From: Macrostomum hystrix
Taxonomy: Eukaryota > Animalia > Platyhelminthes
Length of the DNA stretch: 64,000 nucleotides
NCBI GenBank assembly: GCA_950097015.1
Contig: CATNEN010000001.1
Coordinates: forward strand, 18,910,001 to 18,974,000
Direction: 5' to 3'
Shown: one piece after another, positions 24,601 through 36,904 of the stretch
How the letters are laid out: the number at the start of each line of letters is the position of its first letter
Numbering within the stretch: the stretch's first letter is position 1
Notes under the pieces: model-generated
The model's input: only the letters and a program-made list of their open reading frames with translations
What the model was told of the DNA's origin: nothing
Databases searched by the model: none
Made by a program: the position numbers and the translations under genes

Positions 24601-26488
24601 TCTATTCCCTGTGAGTCATTCAGGTGATTCTATTCCCTGTGAGTCATTCAGGTGATTCTATTCCCTGTGAGTCATTCAGGTGATTCTATTCCCTGTGAGT
24701 CATTCAGGTGATTCTATTCCCTGTGAGTCATTCAGGTGATTCTATTCCCTGTGAGTCATTCAGGTGATTCTATTCCCTGTGAGTCATTCAGGTGATTCTA
24801 TTCCCTGTGAGTCATTCAGGTGATTCTATTCCCCGTGAGTCATTCAGGTCATTCTATTCCCTGTGAGTCATTCAGGTGATTCTATTCCCCGTGAGTCATT
24901 CAGGTGATTCTATTCCCTGTGAGTCATTCAGGTGATTCTATTCCCTGTGAGTCATTCAGGTGATTCTATTCCCTGTGAGTCATTCAGGTGATTCTATTCC
25001 CTGTGAGTCATTCAGGTGATTCTATTCCCTGTGAGTCATTCAGGTCATTCTATTCCCTGTGAGTCATTCAGGTCATTCTATTCCCTGTGAGTCATTCAGG
25101 TGATTCTATTCCCTGTGAGTCATTCAGGTGATTCTATTCCCTGTGAGTCATTCAGGTCATTCTATTCCCTGTGAGTCATTCAGGTGATTCTATTCCCTGT
25201 GAGTCATTCAGGTGATTCTATTCCCTGTGAGTCATTCAGGTGATTCTATTCCCTGTGAGTCATTCAGGTGATTCTATTCCCTGTGAGTCATTCAGGTGAT
25301 TCTATTCCCTGTGAGTCATTCAGGTGATTCTATTCCCTGTGAGTCATTCAGGTGATTCTATTCCCTGTGAGTCATTCAGGTCATTCTATTCCCTGTGAGT
25401 CATTCAGGTCATTCTATTCCCTGTGAGTCATTCAGGTGATTCTATTCCCTGTGAGTCATTCAGGTCATTCTATTCCCTGTGAGTCATTCAGGTCATTCTA
25501 TTCCCTGTGAGTCATTCAGGTGATTCTATTCCCTGTGAGTCATTCAGGTGATTCTATTCCCTGTGAGTCATTCAGGTCATTCTATTCCCTGTGAGTCATT
25601 CAGGTCATTCTATTCCCTGTGAGTCATTCAGGTGATTCTATTCCCTGTGAGTCATTCAGGTCATTCTATTCCCTGTGAGTCATTCAGGTCATTCTATTCC
25701 CTGTGAGTCATTCAGGTGATTCTATTCCCTGTGAGTCATTCAGGTCATTCTATTCCCTGTGAGTCATTCAGGTCATTCTATTCCCTGTGAGTCATTCAGG
25801 TCATTCTATTCCCTGTGAGTCATTCAGGTCATTCTATTCCCTGTGAGTCATTCAGGTCATTCTATTCCCTGTGAGTCATTCAGGTGATTCTATTCCCTGT
25901 GAGTCATTCAGGTCATTCTATTCCCTGTGAGTCATTCAGGTCATTCTATTCCCTGTGAGTCATTCAGGTCATTCTATTCCCTGTGAGTCATTCAGGTCAT
26001 TCTATTCCCTGTGAGTCATTCAGGTGATTGTATTCCCATTCGTCATCCTCGAATCACTTCAGGTGCACCTGCCCACAGACTTTGTCACCGGTGACAAGTT
26101 CGCTGAGGATGCCACAGTCGGCACAGCCAGTCTTGCCTCAGGCGGTGTACCAGACGGGCACATGGGGCTGGACTGCGGCCCGGAGTCCATGCAGAATTTT
26201 GTGTCGGCTATCAAGCGCGCCAGGACCATTGTGTGGAACGGCCCGATGGGAGTGTTCGAATGGGCTAACTTTGCCGCTGGCACCAAGCAGGCTATGGACG
26301 CCTGCGTAGAAGCCACCGCCTCCGGCGCCTGCGTCATCATCGGCGGCGGCGACACTGCCACCTGCGCCGCCCTGTGGGGAACCGAAGACAAAGTCAGCCA
26401 CGTCAGCACAGGCGGTGGAGCTTCTCTGGAACTGCTGGAGGGCAAGCCGATGCCCGGTGTGACTGCCCTGTCCGATGCGGCCGCTTGA
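21634..26488 (+). CDS. PGK1: Phosphoglycerate kinase, 5 exons, 418 aa
   Basis: Exons 21634-21695, 21977-22027, 22725-23253, 23832-24020, 26063-26488 (1257 nt). Motifs [75 protein letters not shown]. Confidence 0.99.
23325..23625. repeat. Degenerate ~20-21-bp minisatellite (GGATCTTACTTAGGGGAGTTT) in PGK intron 3
   Basis: Direct reading. Confidence 0.9.
24021..26036. repeat. 28-bp minisatellite (GTGAGTCATTCAGGTSATTCTATTCCCT), 71 copies, filling PGK intron 4
   Basis: First full unit at 24051, last at 26011; (26011-24051)/28 = 70. Confidence 0.99.
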
Positions 26489-26639
26489 GTGAATGGAGTT
26501 TCATCGCTGTCCACTAAAACCTGATCAACCTGAGTTATTCATTTACGAGTAAATGCTTCGCTGCCATCAAAAGCTTTGTTATCCAGCTGATCAATTTGGC
26601 ATCCTCTTTTAGAAAGTGATCTTTTGATAGGTCTCTTGA

Positions 26640-27020
26640 TCCCTTTTGTGGGTCTGTGACCTCCTTTGGGGGGTCTGTGACCTCCTTTTGGGGGTCTGTG
26701 ACCTCCTTTTGTGGGTCTGTGACCTCCTTTGGGGGGGTCTGTGACCTCCTTTGGGGGGGTCTGTGACCTCCTTTTGGGGGTCTGTGACCTCCTTTTGGGG
26801 GTCTGTGACCTCCTTTTGGGGGTCTGTGACCTCCTTTTGGGGTCTGTGACCTCCTTTTAGGGATCAGTGACCTCCTTTTGGGGGTCTGTGACCTCCTTTT
26901 AGGGATCAGTGACCTCCTTTTTGGAGTCAGTGACCATCTTTTGGGGGTCTGTGACCTGCTTTTGGAGGTCAGGGCCCTTTTTGGGTGGTCTGTGACCTCC
27001 TTTCAAGAGCTCGGTGACCT
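26640..27020. repeat. ~21-bp minisatellite (GGGGTCTGTGACCTCCTTTTG) in the probable PGK 3' UTR
   Basis: Direct reading; lies between the stop codon and AATAAA signals at ~27094 and ~27134. Confidence 0.9.
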
Positions 27021-27764
27021 TTTATACGGTTATTACAATGCAACTTTTAAATACGACAAAGTTTACAAGAAAGTGGATGCCAAATTTGCTTTAAATAAAA
27101 AAATAGCAAATTTTAGAAACCAACTATTATTGAAATAAATGTTCAAAAGCATGGCTTCTGTAACAACTAGTGTTGTAGTTGGCTCAAACAGCAAGATATT
27201 TATTCTCATATTTTGTACCAACCATTCTTACTGGGTCTTGTTTTTCAGAGCTAGCTAATTTAACTACTGCACTATTCTACTGTTAGTAGAAAGAAGAACA
27301 TTATTTTGTCATTTTTTGTTCCAAACCACAGCGGCTTTTCCCGGTTTTCTACCCGATATTATTGTAGCTCATTTTAGATTAGAGTTAGTTTTTGTTAGAT
27401 TAGTCAGTTTCATATAGTTAGAAATTCACTATCACTTTCATTATATTCATTACTACTTCAAAGTTAACCCCTCCAAGATGTTTTCAACTGAAAAATATAA
27501 TTCAGAAACAGAAACAGTTAGCATCAAAGATTCTAAATCGCCATTTTCAAAATACAAGCGTTGGTTAGCTTTTTACAAACTGGCTATTGAATTCAAAGAT
27601 GCTTGGCGAGTTACTGAGACCTAAGACAAGTGTTGAAATTCTGAAAAAATGTAGAAAACTGGAGTTTCTAACCAATTTCTCTTTGGTAAGAAATACTTTT
27701 GCGAAATTCGAAGAATGAAGAAACTAAGAAAAGAACTAAAATTCGGACAGAATTACAAAACACA

Positions 27765-28500
27765 TTGAAATTCGGAGAGATTTCTAAAAAAGGCTTTGAA
27801 ATTGAAATTCGGAGAGATTTCTAAGAAAGGCTTTGAAATTGAAATTCGGAGAGATTTCTAAGAAAGGCTTTGAAATTGAAATTTGGGGAGATTTCTAAGA
27901 AAGGCTTTGAAATTCGGAGAGATTTCTAAGAAAGGCTTTGAAATTCGGAGAGATTTCTAAGAAAGGCTTTGAAATTCGGAGAGATTTCTAAGAAAGGCTT
28001 TGAAATTGAAATTCGGAGAGATTTCTAAGAAAGGCTTTGAAATTGAAATTCGGGGAGATTTCTAAGAAAGGCTTTGAAATTCGGAGAGATTTCTAAGAAA
28101 GGCTTTGAAATTCGGAGAGATTTCTAAGAAAGGCTTTGAAATTGAAATTCGGAGAGATTTCTAAGAAAGGCTTTGAAATTTAAATTCGAAGAGATTTCTG
28201 AGAAAAATATTGGAACTTTAAGAGATTTCTACCAAAGGCTTTGAAATTCGGAGATATTTCAAAGAAAAACATTAGTAATCAGATATATTTCTAAGAAAAC
28301 ATTGGAATTCGGAGAGATTTCTAAGAAAGGCTTTGGAATTTAAATTCGCAAATTTTTTTAGAAAGCATTAAAACTCGGAGAAAATTCTAAGAAAGGCTCT
28401 GACATTGAAAATTGGATAGATTTCTAAGAAACTCATTGAAATTCATCATATTTAGAGACAATTTTAATTAAGGCTTTGAAATTGAAATTCGGATAGAATT
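27765..28500. repeat. 29/35-bp minisatellite (GAAATTCGGAGAGATTTCTAAGAAAGGCTTT +/- GAAATT), decaying rightward
   Basis: Direct reading. Confidence 0.92.
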
Positions 28501-29305
28501 CCAAGAAAAGCAGTGAATAAATCAAATATGTAATTCTTAGAAACTTTGTTAACGTTCAGAATTATTGGTGGCATTGGCAGAATGTTATATTGTTTTATTA
28601 CGTTTAAAACGCAATGAAAACTGTTATGCAAGAGTCAAGATAGAGTTGATAGGTAGCAATTTTTATAGATATTTTGTATTTCAACATGAACTAACATAAA
28701 TAATATGGTCTTCTAACACCTACTTATTAGTAGGCTGCTTAGTACATGGCACTAAGTTCATAAACGGGTAAAAAATATTTTCATCTTAACTAGTGTCAAA
28801 CATGTACAGAAAAAGGTAATATCAATAAACAGTTCAGCTGAAGATACAAATGAAGAATAGGCACGCAGGCCTGATAACTGATAGCATCACAGCACATTCT
28901 ATCGTGCTAGAACTGGCTTCGGTGTCACCATGAAAGGGTCAACTCGGACCAAATCTGCATTTAAATTGACTTGCCTATCAAATCGCGCACTCCTATAGTT
29001 ATCCTTTCATGACTAATTTTTGCAAGCATCTATTCGAAGCTTTTCTCTTCGTAGTTCATGCATGTCTTAAGGCTTCTTGAGTAGGCTAAGATAGCTGTCA
29101 AAAAATTCCCTTCTTGTCAGTCAAAAGTTTCTCCAGTCACAATGATGAGTCGCGATTTTAGCTTAACTTTCCTTCTCTAGATCCGTTACTTTGATCCCTG
29201 ACTTTCCCTTGCCTGAGTTGTGTTATCTGTTTTTTTAATATGATTGTCAGTGCAATACGTAATATTGCTAAATATATCCCCACACACCGTACCTCACGCT
29301 TTGCA

Positions 29306-29606
29306 AGTTGGGGTTCTGCCCCCATGCACCCTTCCAGTTGGGGTTCTGCCCCCATGCACCCTTCCAGTTGGGGTTCTGCCCCCATGCACCCTTCCAGTTG
29401 GGGTTCTGCCCCCATGCACCCTTCCAGTTGGGGTTCTGCCCCCATGCACCCTTCCAGTTGGGGTTCTGCCCCCATGCACCCTTCCAGTTGGGGTTCTGCC
29501 CCCATGCACCCTTCCAGTTGGGGTTCTGCCCCCATGCACCCTTCCAGTTGGGGTTCTGCCCCCATGCACCCTTCCAGTTGGGGTTCTGCCCCCATGCATC
29601 CTTCCA
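29306..29606. repeat. 30-bp near-perfect tandem x10 (AGTTGGGGTTCTGCCCCCATGCACCCTTCC)
   Basis: Direct reading; each unit contains the GGGG-TTCTG-CCCC inverted repeat. Confidence 0.98.
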
Positions 29607-30470
29607 GACTATGTGACAGGGTAAGATAAATCAGATGAGAGACTATGAGACAGGGTGAGATAAATCAGATGAGAGTCTATGAGACAGAATGAGATAAATC
29701 AGATGAGATACTATGAGACAGGGTGAGATAAATCAGAAGAGAGACTATCAGACAGGGTGAGATAAATCAGAAGAGAGACTATGAGACAGGGTGAGATAAA
29801 TCAGATGAGAGACTATGAGACAGGGTAAGATAAATCAGATGAGAGACTATGAGACAGGGTGAGATAAATCAGATGAGATACTATGAGACAGGGTGAGATA
29901 AATCAGAAGAGAGACTATCAGACAGGGTGAGATAAATCAGAAGAGAGACTATGAGACAGGGTGAGATAAATCAGATGAGAGACTATCAGACAGGGTGAGA
30001 TAAATCAGAAGAGAGACTATGAGACAGGGTGAGATAAATCAGATGAGAGACTATGAGACAGGGTGAGATAAATCAGAAGAGAGACTATCAGACAGGGTGA
30101 GATAAATCAGAAGAGAGACTATGAGACAGGGTGAGATAAATCAGATGAGAGACTATCAGACAGGGTGAGATAAATCAGAAGAGAGACTATGAGACAGGGT
30201 GAGATAAATCAGATGAGAGACTATGAGACAGGGTGAGATAAATCAGAAGAGAGACTATGAGACAGAATGAGATAAATCAGATGAGAGACTATGAGACAGG
30301 GTGAGATAAATCAGATGAGAGACTATGAGACAGGGTGAGATAAATCAGAAGAGAGACTATGAGACAGGGTGAGATAAATCAGAAGAGAGACTATGAGACA
30401 GGGTGAGATAAATCAGAAGAGAGACTATGAGACAGGGTGCGATAAATCAGATGAGGGACTATGAGACTGT
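29607..30470. repeat. 34-bp minisatellite (GAGACAGGGTGAGATAAATCAGAWGAGAGACTAT)
   Basis: Direct reading; abuts the 30-bp array. Confidence 0.97.
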
Positions 30471-31099
30471 GGGATAAATGGTGGCGGCATGCTAGATATT
30501 TTTCGAACTAAAATATGTAAAAATCAACAACTTTAGTGGTTGCTATGTGGTCAGATGAGTTCATTCAGTGAGCAAGCTTGAGCAGCTTTGCCCAAGCTGC
30601 CAAGAGACAAGAGATGTTAATTTCCTATTAAATTTCCTTCGAGGTACAGAACTTAGCCCAGATTTCATGGCATCCAATCGGGTTGTTTCTTATCTCACCC
30701 CGAGTACGACTCAGCCTCGATGGAGTATAGACTCAGCCACCGATACTTTCGGGTCATTTAGCTATTGAGTAGCCTATGGATTTAGCAATACATCGGTGGC
30801 GGCACCTCTCATTATGAATAATATCCAGTTGCTCGCACAACTGGCGTCGCTTGGATCCGTTTCACCCCCCCCCAATATCCCACTCTCTCCTCCCTTCTCT
30901 AATCTCGGATCGAAAGACTTACCGCTCGGTGAAGCATGAAATGTGATTCGCCGAATACTTGCCCGGCTTTGGCTAATAATAGTGCGCATTTTTGGTTCCT
31001 CAACCACAATACAATAATATTACTAACAGCTGCACAGCGACCAATTATTAATAATAATCGTATTCACAGTCAAAGACTGGGTCTTTGAAAAGAAAAGAC

Positions 31100-31627
31100 C
31101 GGATAACAGGACGTTCGAAACAAAGACAAGACGTTTGAGACAAAGACAGGACGTTTGAGAAAAAGACAGGACGTTGCAGACAACGACTGGACGTTTGAGA
31201 CAAAGACAGGACGTTTGAGACAAAGACTGGACGTTTGAGGCAAAGAAAGGACGTTTGAGAGAAAGACTGGACGTTGCAGACATGGACAGGACGTTCGAGG
31301 CAAACACACGACGTTGGAGACAAAGACAGGACGTTCGAAACAAAGACAAGACGTTGGAGACAAAGACAGGACGTTTGAGACAAAGACTGGACGTTTGAGA
31401 GAAAGACTGGACGTTTGAGAGAAAGACAATCGTTACAGACATGGACAGGACGTTTGAGGCAAAGACAGGACGTTGGAGATAAAGACAGGACGTTTAAGAC
31501 AAAGACAGGACGTTTGAAATAAAGACTGGACGTTTAAGTTAAAGACAGAACTTTTGAGACAAAGACAGGACATTTAAGTCAAAGACAGGATGTCTGAATG
31601 AAAGACAAGACTTTAAGACAGGACGTC
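31100..31627. repeat. 20-bp minisatellite (GACAGGACGTTTGAGACAAA)
   Basis: Direct reading. Confidence 0.95.
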
Positions 31628-32394
31628 TTGCATAGTGAGGTTCTTGAAAGGAATTGCACAATCACAAAATACCAATAGTTACAATAATAACTTACAAAAC
31701 AAATTTTTACCGCCTATATTCTCTCGGCAAATCTCAACCCATCTTTTCATTTGCCTCGACGAAAAATTTTAGTTCAAAACATTTAAAAACTAGATTTCTA
31801 ATTAATTAGCAGCTCTACCTCTATTTAAACTGAGTACGATTGTTAGCTGGCTTAAAACAAGGAAAATTTATTAATTAAGCGGATAACTTGTTCTCAAGTC
31901 TTTGTTCCGCTAATACCTCAAATGTTTTCTTTATGCATCGAAATTTTGAAGCCGCAGCGAAGTCCGTTAATTATTATAATTACGCTCGTTGTCTGCAGTC
32001 GCGCGTGACTTTTGGGTTGCTGACTCAGCCGAGCAACTTTTTGTTATTTTTAATTGGCCAGCCTGTTGCTGCGTGCTCAAATTATACGATTTAAGCAGTA
32101 TTTGAGTTCGTAGAACATCTCAGAGCCACTCGACTCTAAAAGATGACTTTTTGTGCCTAAAAATCGAAATTCAGAGAATACTAAAAATGGTCTTACCTCC
32201 CCGGAAAAGTGATTCGACAAACTGACAATCAGCCTCCATTGTCCACTTGGAAAAGGCAGGTAGGTGTCTTCCCAATCCAGATATGTCCAAAATCAAGAAA
32301 CAATGGGTGTCAACTGATAACATTGGGTTGTCCACCACCTGTCACTAGGTAGGTGTCCATTAGGTAGGTGTTAAAGGTAGGTCTAATGGCAAGA

Positions 32395-34860
32395 GGGTAT
32401 CAACCTCAAGACACACAGGGTGTCAACCTCAAGATACAGGGTGTCCACCTCAAGATACAGGGTGTCCAACTCAAGATACAGGGTGTCCACCTCAAGACAC
32501 ACAGGGTGTCAACCTCAAGATACAGGGTGTCCACCTCAAGATACAGGGTGTCCACCTCAAGATACAGGGTGTCCAACTCAAGACACACAGGGTGTCAACC
32601 TCAAGATGCAGGGTGTCCACTTCAAGATACAGGGTGTCCACCTTCAGACACACAGGGTGTCCACCTCAAAACACAGAGGGTGTCCACCTCAAGAGACAAA
32701 TGTTGTCCACCTCAAGACACAGAGGGTGTCCACCTCAAGACACAGAGGGTGTCCACCTCAAGACACAGAAGGTGTCCACCTCAAGACACAGAAGGTGTCC
32801 ACCTCAAGACACAGAAGGTGTCCACCTCAAGACACACAGGGTGTCCATCTCAAGACAAACGGGGTGTCCACCTCAAGACACACAGGGTGTCCACCTCAAG
32901 ACACACAGGGTGTCCACCCCAAGACACACAGGGTGTCCACCTCAAGACACACGGGGTGTCCACCTCAAAACACAGAGGGTGTCCACCTCAAGAGACAAAT
33001 GTTGTCCACCTCAAGACACAGAGGGTGTCCACCTCAAGACACAGAGGGTGTCCACCTAAAGACACAGAAGGTGTCCACCTCAAGACACAGAAGGTGTCCA
33101 CCTCAAGACACAGAAGGTGTCCACCTCATGACACACAGAATGTCAACCTCAAGCCACACAGGGTGTCAACCTCAAGACACACAGGGTGTCAACCTCAAGA
33201 TACAGGGTGTCCACCTCAAGATACAGGGTGTCCAACTCAAGATACAGGGTGTCCACCTCAAGACACACAGGGTGTCAACCTCAAGATACAGGGTGTCCAC
33301 CTCAAGATACAGGGTGTCCACCTCAAGATACAGGGTGTCCAACTCAAGACACACAGGGTGTCAACCTCAAGATGCAGGGTGTCCACTTCAAGATACAGGG
33401 TGTCCACCTTCAGACACACAGGGTGTCCACCTCAAAACACAGAGGGTGTCCACCTCAAGAGACAAATGTTGTCCACCTCAAGACACAGAGGGTGTCCACC
33501 TCAAGACACAGAGGGTGTCCACCTCAAGACACAGAAGGTGTCCACCTCAAGACACAGAAGGTGTCCACCTCAAGACACAGAAGGTGTCCACCTCAAGACA
33601 CAAATGTTGTCCACCTCAAGACACAGAGGGTGTCCACCTCAAGACACACAGGGTGTCCACCTCAAGACACAGAAGGTGTCCACCTCAAGACACAGAAGGT
33701 GTCCACCTCAAGACACAGAAGGTGTCCACCTCAAGACACAGAAGGTGTCCACCTCAAGACACACAGAATGTCAACCTCAAGACACACAGGGTGTCAACCT
33801 CAAGACACACAGGGTGTCCACCTCAAGACACACGGGGTGTCCACCCCAAGACACAGAGGGTGTCCACCCCAAGACACACAGGGTGTCCACCTCAAGACAA
33901 ACGGGGTGTCCACCTCAAGACACACAGAATGTCAACCTCAAGACACACAGGGTGTCCACCTCAAGACACAGAAGGTGTCCACCTCAAGACACAGAAGGTG
34001 TCCACCTCAAGACACAGAAGGTGTCCACCTCAAGACACACAGGGTGTCCACCTCAAGACAAACGGGGTGTCCACCTCAAGACACACAGGGTGTCCACCTC
34101 AAGACACAGAGGGTGTCCACCTCAAGACACACAGGGTGTCAACCTCAAGACACACAGGGTGTCCACCTCAAGACAAACGGGGTGTCCACCTCAAGACACA
34201 CAGGGTGTCCACCTCAAGACACAGAGGGTGTCTACCCCAAGACACACAGGGTGTCCACCTCAAGACACAGAAGGTGTCCACCTCAAGACACACAGGGTGT
34301 CCACATCAAGACACACAGGGTGTCCACCTCAAGACACAGAAGGTGTCCACCTCAAGACACACAGGGTGTCCACCTCAAGACAAACGGGGTGTCCACCTCA
34401 AGACACACAGGGTGTCCACCTCAAGACACACAGGGTGTCCACCCCAAGACACACAGGGTGTCCACCTCAAGACAAACGGGGTGTCCACCTCAAGACACAC
34501 AGGGTGTCCACCTCAAGACACACAGGGTGTCCACCCCAAGACACACAGGGTGTCCACCTCAAGACACAGAGGGTGTCTACCCCAAGACACACAGGGTGTC
34601 CACCTCAAGACACAGAAGGTGTCCACCTCAAGACACACAGGGTGTCCACATCAAGACACACAGGGTGTCCACCTCAAGACACAGAAGGTGTCCACCTCAA
34701 GACACACAGGGTGTCCACCTCAAGACAAACGGGGTGTCCACCTCAAGACACACAGGGTGTCCACCTCAAGACACACAGGGTGTCCACCCCAAGACAAACA
34801 GGGTGTCCACCTCAAGACACAGAGGGTGTCCACCCCAAGACACAGAGGGTGTCCACCTGA
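32395..34860. repeat. 21/23-bp minisatellite (GGGTGTCCACCTCAAGACACACA) with higher-order block duplications
   Basis: Direct reading; variant pattern starting at ~32406 recurs 766 bp later (identical 60-aa antisense ORFs at 32406 and 33172). Confidence 0.98.
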
Positions 34861-35354
34861 GTTTATCCTGAGTAGCTCTCATCCGCACGGGCCCAGCAGT
34901 GAGTGCAGTCCAGTGTGTTCAAGGGCCAGCATCTCTAGAAGCTCTCTGATTGGATGCTGCGCAGTTGCAGCGCGCGCGCCTCATTGGCCAGCCGGCTTCA
35001 CACTGCAAAGCCTTAAATTGTCTGCCAGTGGGGCATTCCAAAGCAGAATCGTGATCTTAAAAACAAAACTGGTTCTTCACATCTCGAAAGTTACCAGCAT
35101 TCACAGTGACAAATTTTTAGTTCAAGCAATGCACAATTAATAATATTTCAACTGGTCTTTAATTTTGAGTTCGGAAATTCAATTTTTGTCTTCATCAGCT
35201 GCGTCTGTTTTGCGGATTAAAGTTCGGTAAGTTGATTGATGACTTTTTTAAACTTATCTGCGCATGATTTGCTTTCTCACTTTGACATCAAAGTAAAATG
35301 GTGTAGATTTATTTCTTAGCTTAATCTCATATTTATTTACAGTGGCCCTATGCC

Positions 35355-36300
35355 CCTACCTCTCCCTCTCTCCTTCCTCTCCCTCTCTCCTTCCTCTCCC
35401 TCTCTCCTTCCTCTCCCTCTCTCCTATCTCTCCCTCTCTCCTTCCTCTCCCTCTCTCCTTCCTCTCCCTCTCTCCTATCTCTCCCTCTCTCCTTCCTCTC
35501 CCTCTCTCCTTCCTCTCCCTCTCTCCTATCTCTCCCTCTCTCCTTCCTCTCCCTCTCTCCTTCCTCTCCCTCTCTCCTTCCTCTCCCTCTCTCCTATCTC
35601 TCCCTCTCTCCTTCCTCTCCCTCTCTCCTACCTCTCCCTCTCTCCTTCCTCTCCCTCTCTCCTTCCTCTCCCTCTCTCCTACCTCTCCCTCTCTCCTTCC
35701 TCTCCCTCTCTCCTTCCTCTCCCTCTCTCCTTCCTCTCCCTCTCTCCTTCCTCTCCCTCTCTCCTTCCTCTCCCTCTCTCCTACCTCTCCCTCTCTCCTT
35801 CCTCTCCCTCTCTCCTTCCTCTCCCTCTCTCCTTCCTCTCCCTCTCTCCTTCCTCTCCCTCTCTCCTTCCTCTCCCTCTCTCCTTCCTCTCCATCTCTCC
35901 TTCCTCTCCCTCTCTCCTTCCTCTCCCTCTCTCCTTCCTCTCCCTCTCTCCTTCCTCTCCCTCTCTCCTTCCTCTCCCTCTCTCCTTCCTCTCCCTCTCT
36001 CCTTCCTCTCCCTCTCTCCTTCCTCTCCCTCTCTCCTTCCTCTCCCTCTCTCCTTCCTCTCCCTCTCTCCTTCCTCTCCCTCTCTCCTATCTCTCCCTCT
36101 CTCCTTCCTCTCCCTCTCTCCTTCCTCTCCCTCTCTCCTTCCTCTCCCTCTCTCCTTCCTCTCCCTCTCTCCTATCTCTCCCTCTCTCCTTCCTCTCCCT
36201 CTCTCCTATCTCTCCCTCTCTCCTTCCTCTCCCTCTCTCCTATCTCTCCCTCTCTCCTTCCTCTCCCTCTCTCCTATCTCTCCCTCTCTCCTACCTCCCT
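35355..36300. repeat. 17-bp polypyrimidine minisatellite (CCTCTCCCTCTCTCCTT)
   Basis: Direct reading; almost pure C/T on the + strand. Confidence 0.98.
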
Positions 36301-36904
36301 GTTTCTGAAGCTAGACCCATTGGCGACCCAAATTATGAAACTATGTAAACAAATATAGATCTCAATTGCATTCATATTACGCAGTTAATTTTCCCAGTTT
36401 AAAAGTAAAATCTAGCTAAGCTGTGGTATCTCCTAGCTTTGTTTGCCTAATACCATGGCACTCACGGACCGCACACACACTCACACTCACACTCACACTC
36501 AGCCACGAAAGTTGGCTAGCATATTAATGCACTGCTGTTATTGGAATTGCAAATTAAGCTGTTCGTAGAACAACTCAAGCCGCGTTATATAGTGGATGTG
36601 AGCTAACACTGCAGTGCCTTTACAAAGCCCCCATCTAAGTCTCACTCGTTCGGTCCGTTTGAGATCATTGAACTATATAAGAGCTATATAGCAGAGAGAT
36701 TGCCGAATAAATGTCTGATTATTATGCAAAGTCGATAATAATAATGCTGCTATAAACTTTGTGCCACAATGTCTTTGTGTGCATGCCTAAACTCGTTACT
36801 TTGTTATATATAGCTTGGTTTCTATGAAACTACATGCTTTCCTATATATAACTGAGGCGTGTATTCTACTTGACAGAATAAACTTGTACCAGAGCTGGGG
36901 CGTG

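Noticed and set aside
32368-35140. 830-, 906- and 561-aa ORFs
   Set aside because: All three frames are open only because the repeat unit lacks stop codons; 21/23-bp mixed units shift frame; no splice or domain support.
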